Assembly (NCBI GenBank): GCA_004431415.1
Contig: QPMI01000227.1
Span: forward strand, 62,001 to 126,000
DNA length: 64,000 bases
Direction of reading: 5' to 3'
Origin: Cyanophora paradoxa CCMP329
Taxonomy: Eukaryota; Plantae; Glaucophyta
Position numbers and translations under genes: made by a program. Under the pieces are notes generated by a model. The model was not told where the DNA came from and ran no database searches. It was given only the letters and a program-made list of their open reading frames with translations. Of the stretch, positions 49,490-62,483 are shown one piece after another (position 1 is the first letter of the stretch; every line of letters begins with the position of its first letter).

Positions 49490-52400
49490 TCAGACAATCT
49501 TCAAGGAGCTCAAAAGAGCAGCCATCTGGCGGTACTCTGCAAGAAGCGCCCCAATATCACCAATACGAAGGTCCTCTGCTCGGGCTGCATAGAACCGCTG
49601 CCCGAGGTTTGAGGCTGCATGTGCACCGTCTGGAGAAGGGAGGGAAAACACGCCATCCATAGCTTGAGTAGGGGTGGAAAGAAAGTTGCTCGGGCGTGCC
49701 GGAGGTGCAGCTGGAATGGCGACAAGGGGCTTGGGGGTGAAGTTCGGAGATGATCGTGGACCAGGAATGGGGGTCAAGGGCTGCAGAACAGTAGGGGCTT
49801 CCGGGCTCTCCTGAGGAGGCCAAGGAGTGCTGAGGTCCAGAAGATCGCCCTCATCAGGCACATGATCTCCTGAGGCAGAAACTGCCACACTGTCTCGATC
49901 TACAGCTACTGGAGCTGTGTTCGTATCACCAAGGAGTCCATGAGCGGCTCCCTCAGTGACAGCTGGACTTCCATTGCTTGAGAAGAGGTTGGCATTGGCA
50001 GAAGACAGGGATCGGATGGTGTCGTCATCCGGAATGGGAGATGTATCAGCATTGGCACTAGAAAGAGATGCAGAGAGGCCAGAGGGAGGTGGTGACGAAG
50101 GCTCGGTTGTGCCAGGTGGAACGGCAGGTGGTTCGCCAGAGGGGGCAGATGATGACGCTGTGGCATCAGCGACCTCTCCTGAGCAGTTCTTTAGCTCTCT
50201 GAGGAAACCCTCGGGGTCAAGAATGAAAAAGAAATGGATGGAAAGTTTTTGACCGTAGGTAAGTTGCATGTGGAATATCCAAGCAAGTCTCGTTAAGGGA
50301 CTTCACGAAGGATGCAGCAGATGCTAATGCAGTCAGGTAATATGCAGACTCCCCGCCGAGACGCGCTGGATTCCGGTACCGGTTAATGAATCTGCCCTTC
50401 AGTGTGAGAAGCAGGGATTGGAGGAAAGAGTGGACAGGTCGCTTACTCAATATTAGAGTGCAGTGCAGGCGGATTCGCCCGAAGAACAGCATAAATTAAT
50501 GCCGGGAGAAACTCGTCAGCTCCTGTTCCAGATCCTCTCCGATGAGCAACAATCGCTCCAACAATCTGGAATGCCTCTCAGATCGCCTATGACTACAAAC
50601 GTGGCCGATCATCACCTTGCAGCAGTTGAGAACGCAGACAATCTTGTCTCTTGGGCTCTTGTACTGACTCATCTGCCCACATGTGAACAGGATGCAGAAA
50701 GCCGGTGCATGAAGTTCGTACACCTTCTGTAACTCTGCTGCTGCACGGGTCCAGTGAGGCTCGTCTGCAGGGCCGACGCCACGCATCTCAAGGTGCTCAG
50801 GCCTGACGAAAGCATGTCGTCGGATCTGCTCACGGATTAACGAAATCAAAATCACAGAATCTCTGGGGAAACCTTCTCGCCTGTTGATCGAGTTTTGCAT
50901 CTTCTTCAGCATCCTCCGGTGTTGGGCAAAACGCTCTACGTAGTCGGTCAGGGAAGGAATACCCAGCGAAATGAATCATCACCTGGGGTATATCTTGGTG
51001 CAGACATACTTCTCAAGCGACTCTGAAACGCCATCCAACTCCTCAGATCCAGCACCACGCATCATTGGAAGGGCAGCGATAGCTCGCTCAGTCTGCTGCA
51101 AGAACTCCCGGACACGTTCGTGCTCTTTGACACCGTACGGAAGTGGTGCAGCCCCGACGGGGCGCTCACAGAATGCTTTGGTGAAGCTGAGGAAAAATCG
51201 CTATTTGGCCCCAAAAGCATTAAAAATACGATCGCTTACTTCTTGATGGATATGACAATCTCTGATGCACTTCGGTCCCGCATCTTCTCAAGAAACGCTT
51301 GGAAGCTGCGAAAGAAGTGCACTTAAATAAACCATTTCATGCAAGAACTCCAATAAACCACTTAAATTTCAATGACCTTGCTCCAAAGGACGCGCCCCCC
51401 AAATTGCCAGCAGTCATGTCCTCCGTGCGTCTGTCGTCGATGTGCCCAACTGAGCCCTGAGCCAGCGTAGGTGGTGTGGTGAACTCAGGGTGCCTGTTGT
51501 CCACAGGTGAAGCAGCTGATTCACGTGTACTGACAGCGGTTGCTGAAGGTGGGGATTGTCCAACAATTTGAGGACCGCTGGAAGCAGGAGCCTGTAGTGA
51601 TCCTCCAGATGCTGACTGGGGTGAATTTGAAGGGACCGAATTGACGTTCTGGGCTTGAAACAAAGAACGTAGCTTCGAAGGGACAATGTAGCTCATTGCG
51701 GACCCGAAGATTTCTCCCCGCCCAGAAGAGCCTTCAACTGTGGGCGGCTGTGGCTGCGCCACGAATGACTCCGGAGAAGTGTTCGAGAAGCTGTTGCGCC
51801 GTGGGTGCGATTCATGCGTTTCTGGGGATTTTCCCCGGGTGAGTCTTCCATCTGCACTTCGCGGGCTCGAAGGCGCCGACTGAGCATGAGATGATTCACC
51901 CCCAGCCTGGGCCTGCTCTATGGGTGTTCGTGCTGATTTAGCTGGTTGCCAGATGAGTGAGCTTTCGTGTGCGCAGCCCGGTGTGTAAAGAGGCTCCGAG
52001 AGGAGAAATAGTGGGAAGGAAGTGCTCCGACCGCCAGCCGGGAGCTGAACCGTTGTCTCGCGGAGAAGGGTGTGACGCGACAACAGGGGGCAAGGGCCCT
52101 CGTCGAACATATAGCTCGAGGCAAAGGCCACGTGCACGTCGCGCAGCTCCTCAAGCTCTGCAGGGCCCCCAGCCAGCAGCTTCAATGTCTTCTCCTCCCG
52201 ATCCAAAATACCTGTGCCTCGGAAGATCACTAGTTGCATTCGCAGGGGTTCTTTGCACGAACCATGCATGCCTGACAGCGTGATGAAATGCTGCTTGTTC
52301 GTGGAGCTCAGAAACCCCGCCTGCCCGTGCCCCTGGGGAATTAAACGTTGCGTGCTAGCCCTAGCAGTCAAAAAATAGCTACACACATGAGAGAGCATCA

Positions 52401-52653
52401 TGAGTTTCGTCACCCCATGAGTTTGCGGCTCTAAAGAGACGCTCTGTGGGATGAACAGGACTGGTACATGCGGTGCAAATCTCCGGTCGACGAGAAAATC
52501 AGGGAGGTTCCGATAGTTGGCGTTCTCTCTGATGGCCCGAAGCAAAGCGTTCTCGGCCTTCTCAAACCTTGGCGTGGGGCCTTTCACGTCAGCCTCCATC
52601 TGCCCTGCGCGGGCTCGATGGCTTACGTACTCGACGAAGCTCGATTCGCCCAT
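49490..52653 (-). CDS. VPS9-domain Rab5 GEF
   Basis: EKYVCTKIY, FVRPEHLE, YKSPRDKIVCVLNCCK, GADEFLP, GGESAYYLTALASAASFV. Confidence 0.88.
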
Positions 52654-53204
52654 AACGCGCCAGCGGAGCGACAATCTTTCGTTCTAGAGGCGGCGCACGG
52701 CGCGTGCGCATCTGCGCACGGGTCGAAATAAAGTGGAATCGATTGAGAGAGCGCGCGGGCGCTGTACGCACGCGTAGAGAGCCCGAGAATGTGAATGGAG
52801 GACGGGACCGAGCGGCGCTGACCGACGCGGCGCTGGCTATGGCCCAAACGGCGCTAAGGACTAAGGAACCGGCCCAAGTCGGCAAGCCCGGGGCTCGCAG
52901 CGTCAAGCTGCGCTGACGCTCTCGAGGCGAGCCGCGCTGTTGCGCGAGAAACCGCTCGAAGGTCAGGCACAGTTCAACCACAGTTGAACCACAGTTCAAC
53001 CACTTTCTCTGGGGGTACAAGGGAATATTTCGGGTGCGGCTTTCCACTCTCCGGGCGCAGCTGGGCAGACGCGGCCGTGCAGGTTCTCTTGTGGCGTTGT
53101 GCACGTGATCTGAGTGCGCACGTACGGCTCCGCTCCGCTCAACTGAGCCGGTCCCCGCGGGTTGAGTTCTGCGCCAGCCCCCGGATTGAGCCAGCCCCCG
53201 AACC

Positions 53205-55707
53205 ATGGAGTCGTTCTCGGGGCTGGTTGAGGAGCGCGTGGCGGCTGAGGTCCGTCCCCTGCCGACTCTCCCGTTTAGCAGCCGCGTGCTAACGGCGTCG
53301 ACGCCTCGCAGCTCCTCCGGCTCGGCTTCAGCACGCACGAGCTTGTTGTATCCGGAGTTAGCGCCGGTCTGCCGAATGCCGGCAGGGCCGTCCCTGTCTG
53401 TGATCCGGAGAACGTGATGCGGCTGATGCGCGGAGAGAACTTCATCGTGCAGCTAGCGGACTCGCGCAAGCGCGAGCAGCTTGAGATGAATGTAGTTCAA
53501 GTGGTTAAGGACACAGCGACGGGCGAGCGCAAGCGGCACGTCATCTCGGGCGTGCACGAGGTGTTGCAGGTGGCTGGAGTCATCGGGGACCTTGACCTCT
53601 GCGCCGAGTACGGCATACCGCCGCACATCGTCGAGACCCTGGACTCCACGTACCAGCTCGCTATAGCTGCTGGACTCGAAGCGTTAGCGCATGCCGGCAT
53701 CGAGCTCGACACGCACCACGTGCCCACAGAGCACGGCAACCCACATCTGAAGCATCCCAAGCGGCGGTGGGGCCCACTTCCAGCGGCTCTTCAGGCCTCG
53801 ACCGGTGTGATTTTCGCGTCATCCTTCCCAGCTCTGGATTCGATGGTGGAAGAGGTCTCGCGCTTCGTCGCTCACCGCCTGACGGAGTCGTCGAGGAAAG
53901 GCATCATTGAACGCTTGTCTGCATATTCGAAAACGCGCGCTGGATCCGAGCAACCGTCCGATGCGACGGCGCAGCTCGAGTCGTACTTGCAGTCTCTGAC
54001 GGTCGAGCCATCTGGGGATGAAGCGTCCATGCCCGGCTCTTACTCTTTCAACAGAAAGCTTCTTTTCCAGGTTCGCATAATTTGTTTTTCTCTTGGATTC
54101 TCTGTCCGAGAGCTTACGCCTCTTGCAGATCCTGGTCATGGCAAATGCACAGTTAGCAGAGCTGATTCATGCTCGCGGGTAGCCTTTTTGGTTCTTGTTC
54201 GGATCGTTCAAGCGCTGACATTAGGTACACGTGCAGGCCAAACACGCAGATCAATGCTGCCTGTGCATCGACTGCTCAGGCCATTGCTTTGGCTGAAGGT
54301 GAAGTGGGCCAGAGGGCTTGTCGTGTTCTCGTTGAATTTTTATATTCTTGTTCCAGATTGGATTCGTGTTGGACGGTGCGAGCGGGTTGTCGTAGTTTCC
54401 GGCGACAACGCAACATCGGACAACCTTCTCCGCTACATAGGGACTGGTGCTGCGCTGATTGCGCATATGACTGCACGCACTTCTCCTCACGAAGTGGTTC
54501 CAGGCTTCATGGCCCTTGGAGCTGCCTGCACACAGGCAGAAGTGGAGGCAGCCGCCCTTCCCTTCGATGCGCGGCGGTCGGGCATGGTCCTTGGAGCCGG
54601 TGCAGTTGGTCTCGTCATCGAAAGCGAAGTTGCAGCGCTACGGCGCGGCGCTCGGCCACTGTGCCGGCTGCTGGGAAGCCACATCGCCAATTCAGCATTT
54701 CATGCTTCACTTCTCGACGCAAAACACATCAGGTGCAACTGGACTCCCTTGCGTTACCTTGACTCCTGCTGACCGAGTTTTCAGCTCAGAACTTGACGTG
54801 TTCTTGACACGCATGGAACGCCGTCACGGCATTTCGCGATCCGACATCGCAGACAGGTGAATATATGATCTTCTCCTTTTTTTGCAGCATCCTTACGCAT
54901 TGTCACAGCTGCATATACATGAGCCATGAAACTTTTACATGCGCACGAGGTGGATGCGCCAAGGTGGAGATTGATGCTCTCCGCTCTGCCTTTCTGCGGT
55001 GTCCTGGTGGTATCTCCCGGATTACTATTGCCAACACCAAGGGCTTCACAGCGCACCCGATGGGTGTTGGGATTGAAGGTTGGCGCACCTCTGTCTTTGT
55101 CGGCGTACCATCTTGTTTACAAAGCTGCAGATGCTGTTGCGGTCGAGTGCTTGCATCACAAACTTGTACCTCCCATCGCAAATTTTAAGCAATCGTAAGA
55201 ACGGTTTCCTTCTCATGGGCTTCGGGGTTGAACTTGATCTCGATCTCAGTGATCCTTGTCTTGGGGGAGACCTTAATCTTTCGCATGGAGGCCACCTGGA
55301 TGCACGCTTCTGCTTGCGGTTTGCAGCTGGTGTGTAGATTCCCTTCCTTCCGTTTTCGGGCTCATGCAACCTCCTTCAATGATCAATAACCGCCAGGATT
55401 TGGGTCTCACTTCGTATATCTTCTCTACGCGTCGTACTCTTCACCGTCGCCTTCTGCTCTTCGGGCCCTGGCCGTAAGCATGACTCATTCTCGTGGATGT
55501 AATTTTCTCAGTTTCTCGCAGATGGAATCGACTGCTCCCCAAGGGGCAGCTGCCCTCGCTGCTGAGCCCGACTCAGAGCCAGAGCACAAGAAGCACGTGC
55601 GACATCACCACAAGCCTCACCACTACGATTCACATCATTTCCATGAATCACATCTTAACCTTCAACCAAAAAGCTTCATTTCAACTCCAGGCCTGGCCCA
55701 GCCTTAG
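53205..55707 (+). CDS. Stand-alone beta-ketoacyl synthase, similar to prokaryotic PKS/FAS KS domains, spliced
   Basis: [12 protein letters not shown] (Cys), SHET (His), [11 protein letters not shown] (His), [23 protein letters not shown]. Confidence 0.85.
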
Positions 55708-56500
55708 CTCCTCAACGTTGGTGTTTTCATTTAAGCTGCTCTTTACACTGTAGCTGTATCTCACCAGCAACATGGCTGTCGTTTCTGGAAAAGACAAGGT
55801 CGCAGCCATAGAAAAGCTCTGCTACAACAGAAATGCATGCATTCGACGTGCCACGAGATGTCAGCTGGCTGTTTCAATTCTTTGATCATGTAAATCTACT
55901 GCGGGCTGAGTAGGCAAATCGCCATTTAAACAGCTGCCGCAGTGCACCAAGTCCGAGATCGCTGAGAGAGTCGAAATCGAAAATATGAATAATATTCTCT
56001 ACTTCCGAGTTCAATTCTTTGATCATATAATCTTGTCAGCATGCGCAGATCGACGCTCGCGATCGCGATCGAGCTCTACAGAACGATACTATGATAACTA
56101 AGTACCTGTGATCATGATCATCATGGCATGATCATGATCATGAGCGTGTGCCCTCTGAACGCTCTAGATCTAGCCGCCTGAGCTATATATACATATATAG
56201 AGAACGAGTTTTTGTGCTGCATCAAATCTATCAAGTTATTAGCCAGTAGAACGTTTCAAACTGAACGGAGTTTGCGTCACGCCCCGCCCATTGTTAACTT
56301 CTTCCGCCAATGAAATTAGCCCAGCGCAAACTTGAGCTCGAACTTGGCCTCGTACACAGTGGCGTACACACGCGGCCACAACGGTCACAGTAACGGTCAG
56401 CAGGCCGGCTTGCTAGTCAGCTTCCCTCGGCTAGGCCGGACTAGCTAGCTTCCCGCCATCGCGCACGCCCGAGCGCGAGCATTCCTGCACGCCGCCGTGC

Positions 56501-58405
56501 ATGAAGCAGTCAAAGCGAAAGGAACCCAGCCTCTGGGATGACGGCTTCGACGAGGCCCGACGTCGGCACCGCTGGCACGGCAAGCGACCCGACAGCAGCA
56601 GCTCGTGGGCCGGCAAGGGCAACATGAAGCGTGTCAACAAGATCACTCAGCAGGCGCGCAAGGCGAAGGAGCCCAAGCTCCCTGACCTCGACATCCTCAA
56701 GGGCGAGCACCCCGCGGCAACGGTCCGCTGCCTGGACACCAGCGGCCGCGCCTACCACGTTCGCCTTGGCGACTTCGTCATCTGTTCAGTTAGCTCAGAC
56801 ACCCAGCTGTGTCCAGAACTCAGCGTCGTTCGCCCGAAGCCCTTCCATTTCCCGCGCCCAGGTGAAACGATTTTGGCGCGAGTCGAGGCGAGTTCCCAAC
56901 ACAGACGAAGGCGAAGCGCGGCGACTTCAACTACTCCGTCAACGGCGTCATCCTTCGGCGCTTCGTGCGCCCGGAGGACTCCGATGTGAAGGACTGCGGG
57001 CTCGGCAGCGTGATCATCAAGGCAGACGGGAGCAGGCAGCCGTGGCCATCGCAAACCACCTCATCTACTACTCGAACGTGACGGTCCGCCCGCCGCGCCC
57101 GCGCCCCGTTCCAGCGTCCGATGCCCGTGCGCGCAGGTTCACGCACCCGCGAAGGTGGTGGCCGCGGACGAGTACAAAGCCCTCAACACGCCGATCCCCA
57201 CATCTACGTCTGTAAGCAAATCATGACGTTCCCGGGCGACGGCTCCTTCCAGTTCGACGTCGCCCTCGCCTTCAACGCGAGGCTCAAGCGAGTGGCGAAG
57301 AAGAAGATGGCGTGCTTCCTCCGGCCGCTGTCGAGGCCGGAGGAGCGCGTGGAGGCGATTGGCTACCTTCAGGACGCCGCGCGAACGCCCTCAAGCGCCG
57401 GAAGACCGGACGCAGCTTGTCAACGTCAAGATCCCGGTGGCCGGGCCGGCAATGTTGGTCTGCGGCTCTTATGACTCGTTCGAAGTTCTTTTTCCTATCC
57501 TCTAACGGTGCGCATCGCAGGAGAACATCGTGGCGCAGGTCGCGCACGTCGCCACGCCCATCGACCCGAAGACGGGCCAGCCGATCCGGTTGACAAGCTG
57601 CCGGCGGCGAATCGCTTCGTTATCGAGCTTCCGGACCGCGAGACCGCTGCTGGTGGAAGCCGCTTCCTTTTTCCCGCTCGCTGTTCTTTTTCCGACCTCT
57701 TTGCAGCTGTTCTCGGTCCCTCCGGCGTGGCGCAAGCGTCCAAGCGCGTCTGCAAGCGGGACGCGGACGGGAAGGCGATCCGGAAGCACAGCGAGATGCA
57801 GACGTCACCGTCGAGAAGGCGTACGGCGGCTTAATCGTGCCGCGCCACACGGGCTCCCATGACGTCGTCCAGTTCGACGAGCGTGCGCCCGGCCGCCCTC
57901 GCCGCGCCGCTCGCTTACGAAGCTCTGCTCCTTGGGCGCGGCAGGTCCCGGTCGGATCGTGGCCACGAAGCGCTCGGGCAGGAAAGGTGGGCACGTCACG
58001 CTCGAGCTTCCGAGCTACGAGTACGGCCCGACGGCGAGCGCATCGCCAGCCTCGCGGGGCCCTCGCGGCTGTCCCGTGAAGCGCCCGCGCCGGTGCCGCG
58101 CCGGCGCCAACACCGTCGCCAAGGCGCCGCCTGTCCCGAAGCAGCCCCTTCAGAACCTGCCGCCGCCGCCCTGCCGGCCCCGCCGCCGCCCTGCCGGCCC
58201 CCGCCGTCGCCGCCCCGCGGCCCCGCCGCCGCCGCCCTGCCGGCCGCCGCCGCCGCCGCCCGCCGCCCGCCCCGCCGGTCGCCGCCCTGTCGGCCCTGCT
58301 GCTGCTGCCCACCGGCCGCTGCCGCCCTACCTGCCCCCGCCGCATCCGCCTCGGTCCCCAAGTGCGCCCCTCCCCTCGCCCCCGCTCGGCTACTTGCTCG
58401 CCTAA
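56501..58405 (+). CDS. BAH-domain protein with several frameshifts (degenerate or sequence errors)
   Basis: YHVRLGDFVIC, ILARVE, VILRRFVRPEDS, NHLIYYSN, AKVVAADEYK and IYVCKQ follow BAH strand order; Pro-rich tail; end approximate. Confidence 0.65.
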
Positions 58406-58582
58406 TCCTGCAGCAGGAAGGATCGCGCGGCACAGCTCGCGGCCGCGGTGGCGGCGCGCAAGAGGGCAAAGTCGTGAAGCTGCTACTGAGAATCGCACTA
58501 TCTAGGTTACAAGGTGCGCTATGTCTGGTCCAAATCCATTTCGTCTATTTCCCCTCCGCTAGATCGTCTGCTAGAACCTCTG

Positions 58583-61500
58583 CTAGGGCCTATCATCGAA
58601 ATCGAGCATGTTGGCGCCCTCATCCTCCGCCTCCATCTCCTCCTCCGCCTCCTCCTCTGCCTCGGCGTCGTACTCGGCGGTCTCCTCCTCCTCCTCCTCC
58701 TCGTCCCGCTCTCCTCGGGCACTCGTCCTCCGGCACCGGATCCCCTCCTGCAGCTCAATATCCTCGTCGATCTCCTCCTCGTCCGCAGGCAGGGCACCGC
58801 TGCCACCTCCTCGCCCCCGGCGGCGCCGCCGCCGCCCCTTCGCCTGCATAGCCGCTGACCGGTGGGGACGGGCCGCAGGTCGGGGGATGAAGGGCCCATC
58901 TGGCCAGGCCTTGGCGGCGACGGGCGCGTCGTACTCGGCGTGGCAGCGTCCTTCCCGCCGGCGCTCGCCTCCGTCATGTTCCGCATCCACAGCGCCAGGC
59001 GCCGCCGCTGGTGCGTCATGATCTGCTTGAGCATGTCGAGGTCCTTGTTCCACCGCCACCGAGAGACGTGACGGTGTGTCGCAGGCGCCGAAGGAGGCCC
59101 ATGTAGGACTCGATGACCTCGCAGCTCCAACGGCCGGGCGCGTTCGTGTTGTCGACGCGCGCCAGAACGCGAGGTGCGCAAGCGTCGAGTGCATGTAGCG
59201 TGTGAAGATCTTCCATAACGGGAAGTGTGTCTCCATCAGGCCCTGGAGCTCGGCGACGGCCTCGATAACTTGCTGCCGCGCCTCCTCGTCGGGCTTCATG
59301 TTCCGCTCGTACTGGTAGATGATCTGGCGGAGCTGCCAAATCTCGTGCATGCCCCTCGTCTTCTCGCTCCAGCTCTCCTTACTGTCGCCGAAGCAGATGC
59401 TGAGAGGGTGTCGGGCGCCTCGGGGTCCTCCAGGATCTTCTTGGCGGTGTTGGCGGAGATCTTCTGGAAGAACTTGTAGGTGGCCCCGTTCTCGGTCTTC
59501 TCGAACTTGATGTTCCGCGCGTATTTATCGCGAAGATGACGCTGCAGGTCTTCGATGCGCTTCTGCTGGTCCTCGGAGGCACCACAGGCGAGGGCGAGGA
59601 AGAAGTAGACGAAGAACCCGGCCACCCAGCTCTTGATGCCGTGCAGGGCGTCGTCGAGCCGGACCTGAGGTGCGCGTTGGCGTCCGCTGAGGCGAGGTGT
59701 CGCGGGCTTCTCACCTCGACGGCAGCGACGGGCAGCATGCTGTTCGGGAGCGGCTGCAGGAGGGCGTTGGCGTCGTGCTCGGGGTGCGGATTCTCTGTTC
59801 GCTGGCTGGAGGGAGGCCGTCCCGATCCCGCGGCCCTGCTGCGCGCACGACTTCGACCGCCGAGCACTCGGACCTGCAGTAACGTGAGCCCCATGCCGAA
59901 TCTCAGCGCGTGTGACTCGGCGAACTGACCCGCGTCGGTGGACAGAATCGCAGTGCGGGCACAGGTCGAAGCCGAGGAGGACGCGGAGGAACTTGTAGTC
60001 GCCCGTCACCAAGAATTCGACCTCGACGGCTTGTCGTGCTCGTACCCGGGGATCAGGGTGAGCGGGTTCTCGTTCAGGTACTCGACCATGTCGGCGAGGG
60101 GCTTGATGCGTGGGCGCAGGTTCTCCTCGCTGTCGCTACCGCCGAAGAGCATTAGGGGCAGGAGGGCGTAGCAGCTCTGAACGCCCTTCAGCGGGTGGTA
60201 CGCCTGCGTCCCGTCCTCCTCGATGACGTAGTAGCCGTCGACGATTGCCACGATGCAGGTCATGCCGTCGGTCGTGGAGACGCTCTTCCCGCGGAACGCG
60301 ATCGTCCCGTCGCCCGCCAGGCGGACTCGAGGTCTGATCTTCTTCCCCCTGTGCTTGTGCAGCGGGACGAAAGCGCTGATGAGGGCCGACAGGGCGGGCG
60401 TCGGCGTGACAGCTCTGCGGGCGGCGGCGCTGCCGCCTCTCCGCCCGCCGCCGGCGCTGCCGCCTCTCCGCCCGCCGCCGGCGCTGCGCTCGACGGAGGC
60501 ACAAAGAGCTCGAGCATGACGCCCGGCTTGCCCTTGTTCTCCTCGTCGCCGACGCCCGCCGCTGTTTCGACGATCTGCACGATCTGCACCGCTCGGTGAG
60601 CCTCGTCCCTCACCCCGCCCGCGCGCGCGCGCCGCGCCTTCTCGAGGTCATCGTTGACCTTGCCCGTAGCTTCGTGATGCAGTGCTTCGACGGGAGGAAG
60701 GCTCGCAGCCCCACGAAGTGCTTCTTCAGGGCCTTCTTGAGGAGCTTCGTGAACTCAAAGTACGTCGCCTGCCCGGGTCGGTTTAGAACGGGATGGGGGG
60801 TTAAAACATTCGAGAAAGGGCGCACGTCCGAGATGCAGTGGCGGTCCTTCCACTCTAGAATCTCGCAGTCGGGGAAGGTGTCCCGCAGCTTCCTGCAGGC
60901 GATGCTCATCGCCTTCTTCACTTGCAGCTGACCCGATTTGCTCGTTTCCAGGGCTCGTTGGGCCTGCGGACGGTGGTTCAGAAAGGTGCTCTTCTCCAAC
61001 GATTTTGTAGCCTATTAAAGTACGATTCTCGGTAGCTCTTTTTATGTATAATAACGCGCACTGCGTGTGGCCGATGATGCTCACGAGGCGGCGTGCCTCC
61101 GCCTCCAGCGCCTCCCTCCTCTTCTGATAGGCGCCCTCCTCCTCTCCTTTGTTCCTGGGGCGCCCTGGATAAGCATGCATATGCCTGCGCGCGCGCCGCC
61201 CCGCCTTGTACCTCGCGAAGTTCTTTTTAAACATGGGGAGGCGGATCTGGATGTCCGGACTCGCAGCGTTTAGAATCGTCGAGAGCAGCATGCGGAGGAA
61301 CCGCGTGCGCCGCTGCCTGGACGTATCCGAGCATCCCTTCCCAGGGACCTGCCTAGCTATGCGCGAGATGGTCGCTGCACGCTGTGCCGAAGTCCGCGGG
61401 ACCTTGGCGCGCTTCGACTGGTGCTCCTCCCTAAGCTTCTTGTTCTCCGCCTCAAGCACTGCGATGCGCTCGTCGCGCGCTTTGAGCGTCGCCTTGCGGA

Positions 61501-62081
61501 CGATCCGCTCCTCAGGCGGCACATCTTCCTTGCCGCGAGCGCGTTTCGGGGCGGTGCCGGGGCCGGGGGCCGGCCGCGGCGCCGGGCTCGGCGCCTCATT
61601 AAGAACTGCATTCGTCTGCTCGCGGCCGGGCAGAGAGCATACACTCGTAAGCGCGGGCAAGTCAAGTCATGACATCGAATTTGAATGAGCGGCATACCAC
61701 GTCGGCGCCGAACGCGCGACGACCGCGCTGCTGCTGCTGCTCTGGGCTAATCTGAGGCGATTGCGGGCTCGCTGGAGCCGATGGCGACCCGGGTGGCGAA
61801 GCTGGAGGGCTCTGCAGGATGCACTGGAGGAACACAGCCACTGCGGTGGCCTCTTGAAGCGCCGCCGTGCAAGCTAAGCTATGCGGATACAATGGAGACG
61901 CAATGCCGCGCGCCTCCAGTTCCAGGTGGGCGTTTCGGCTGTGGGTGAGCACTGCGATGATCCGCATAAGCGCCTGGTACGCGACCGACGCGTCCGCCAT
62001 CTCTAAAACGACTGCTGCGGGCGCTGGAAACGTTTGGGGCGCGGGCTGGGCCGCGGGACGGGGCGCGATGGGTCGCTGCAT
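58583..62081 (-). mobile_element. RAG1/Transib/Chapaev-like DDE transposase gene with introns and frameshifts
   Basis: VRLAGDGT (D1, ~60310), VTGDYKFLRVLLGFDLCPHC (D2 plus C2, ~59950-60005), DDALH (~59645), TRYMHSTLAH (~59190), GRWSCEVIESYMGLLRRLR (E, ~59110), acidic tail. Confidence 0.8.
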
Positions 62082-62483
62082 CGCGCGGGCGGGTTCAAAA
62101 CTCGGAAAAAAAGATCGCGTGTACCTCCCCTGCCATCTGCGGAAGCGGCAGCTCCGAGCGCCGCGAGCAAGCATACACATCCGCGACAGTTAGGCGCCGA
62201 AGAGCAGCAGGCGAGCCCAGCATGCGCGATAATGCGCAATTGCGATGCATAGCTACCTTAGGCGAAGCGGCTGGTCCACCCGCGCGGTCCTTGCCGGCCG
62301 CGATGCTCGCTCGTCGATATGGGTATGACGCGCTAAGCAAGGGGAGCATGCCCAGACTGGGTACGCAAACTGCTGAACGTCCAACTCCAGCTGAACGCCC
62401 TGCAGCTGGTGGGCCTGAAGCAGCCTCAAGCGTTAGCTATGTCGCATCGACAGTGTAGCTATGTTAGCTGTGGAGCGAAGCAT

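Noticed and set aside
56207-56215. RSS nonamer (AGTTTTTGT)
   Set aside because: No heptamer at 12- or 23-bp spacing
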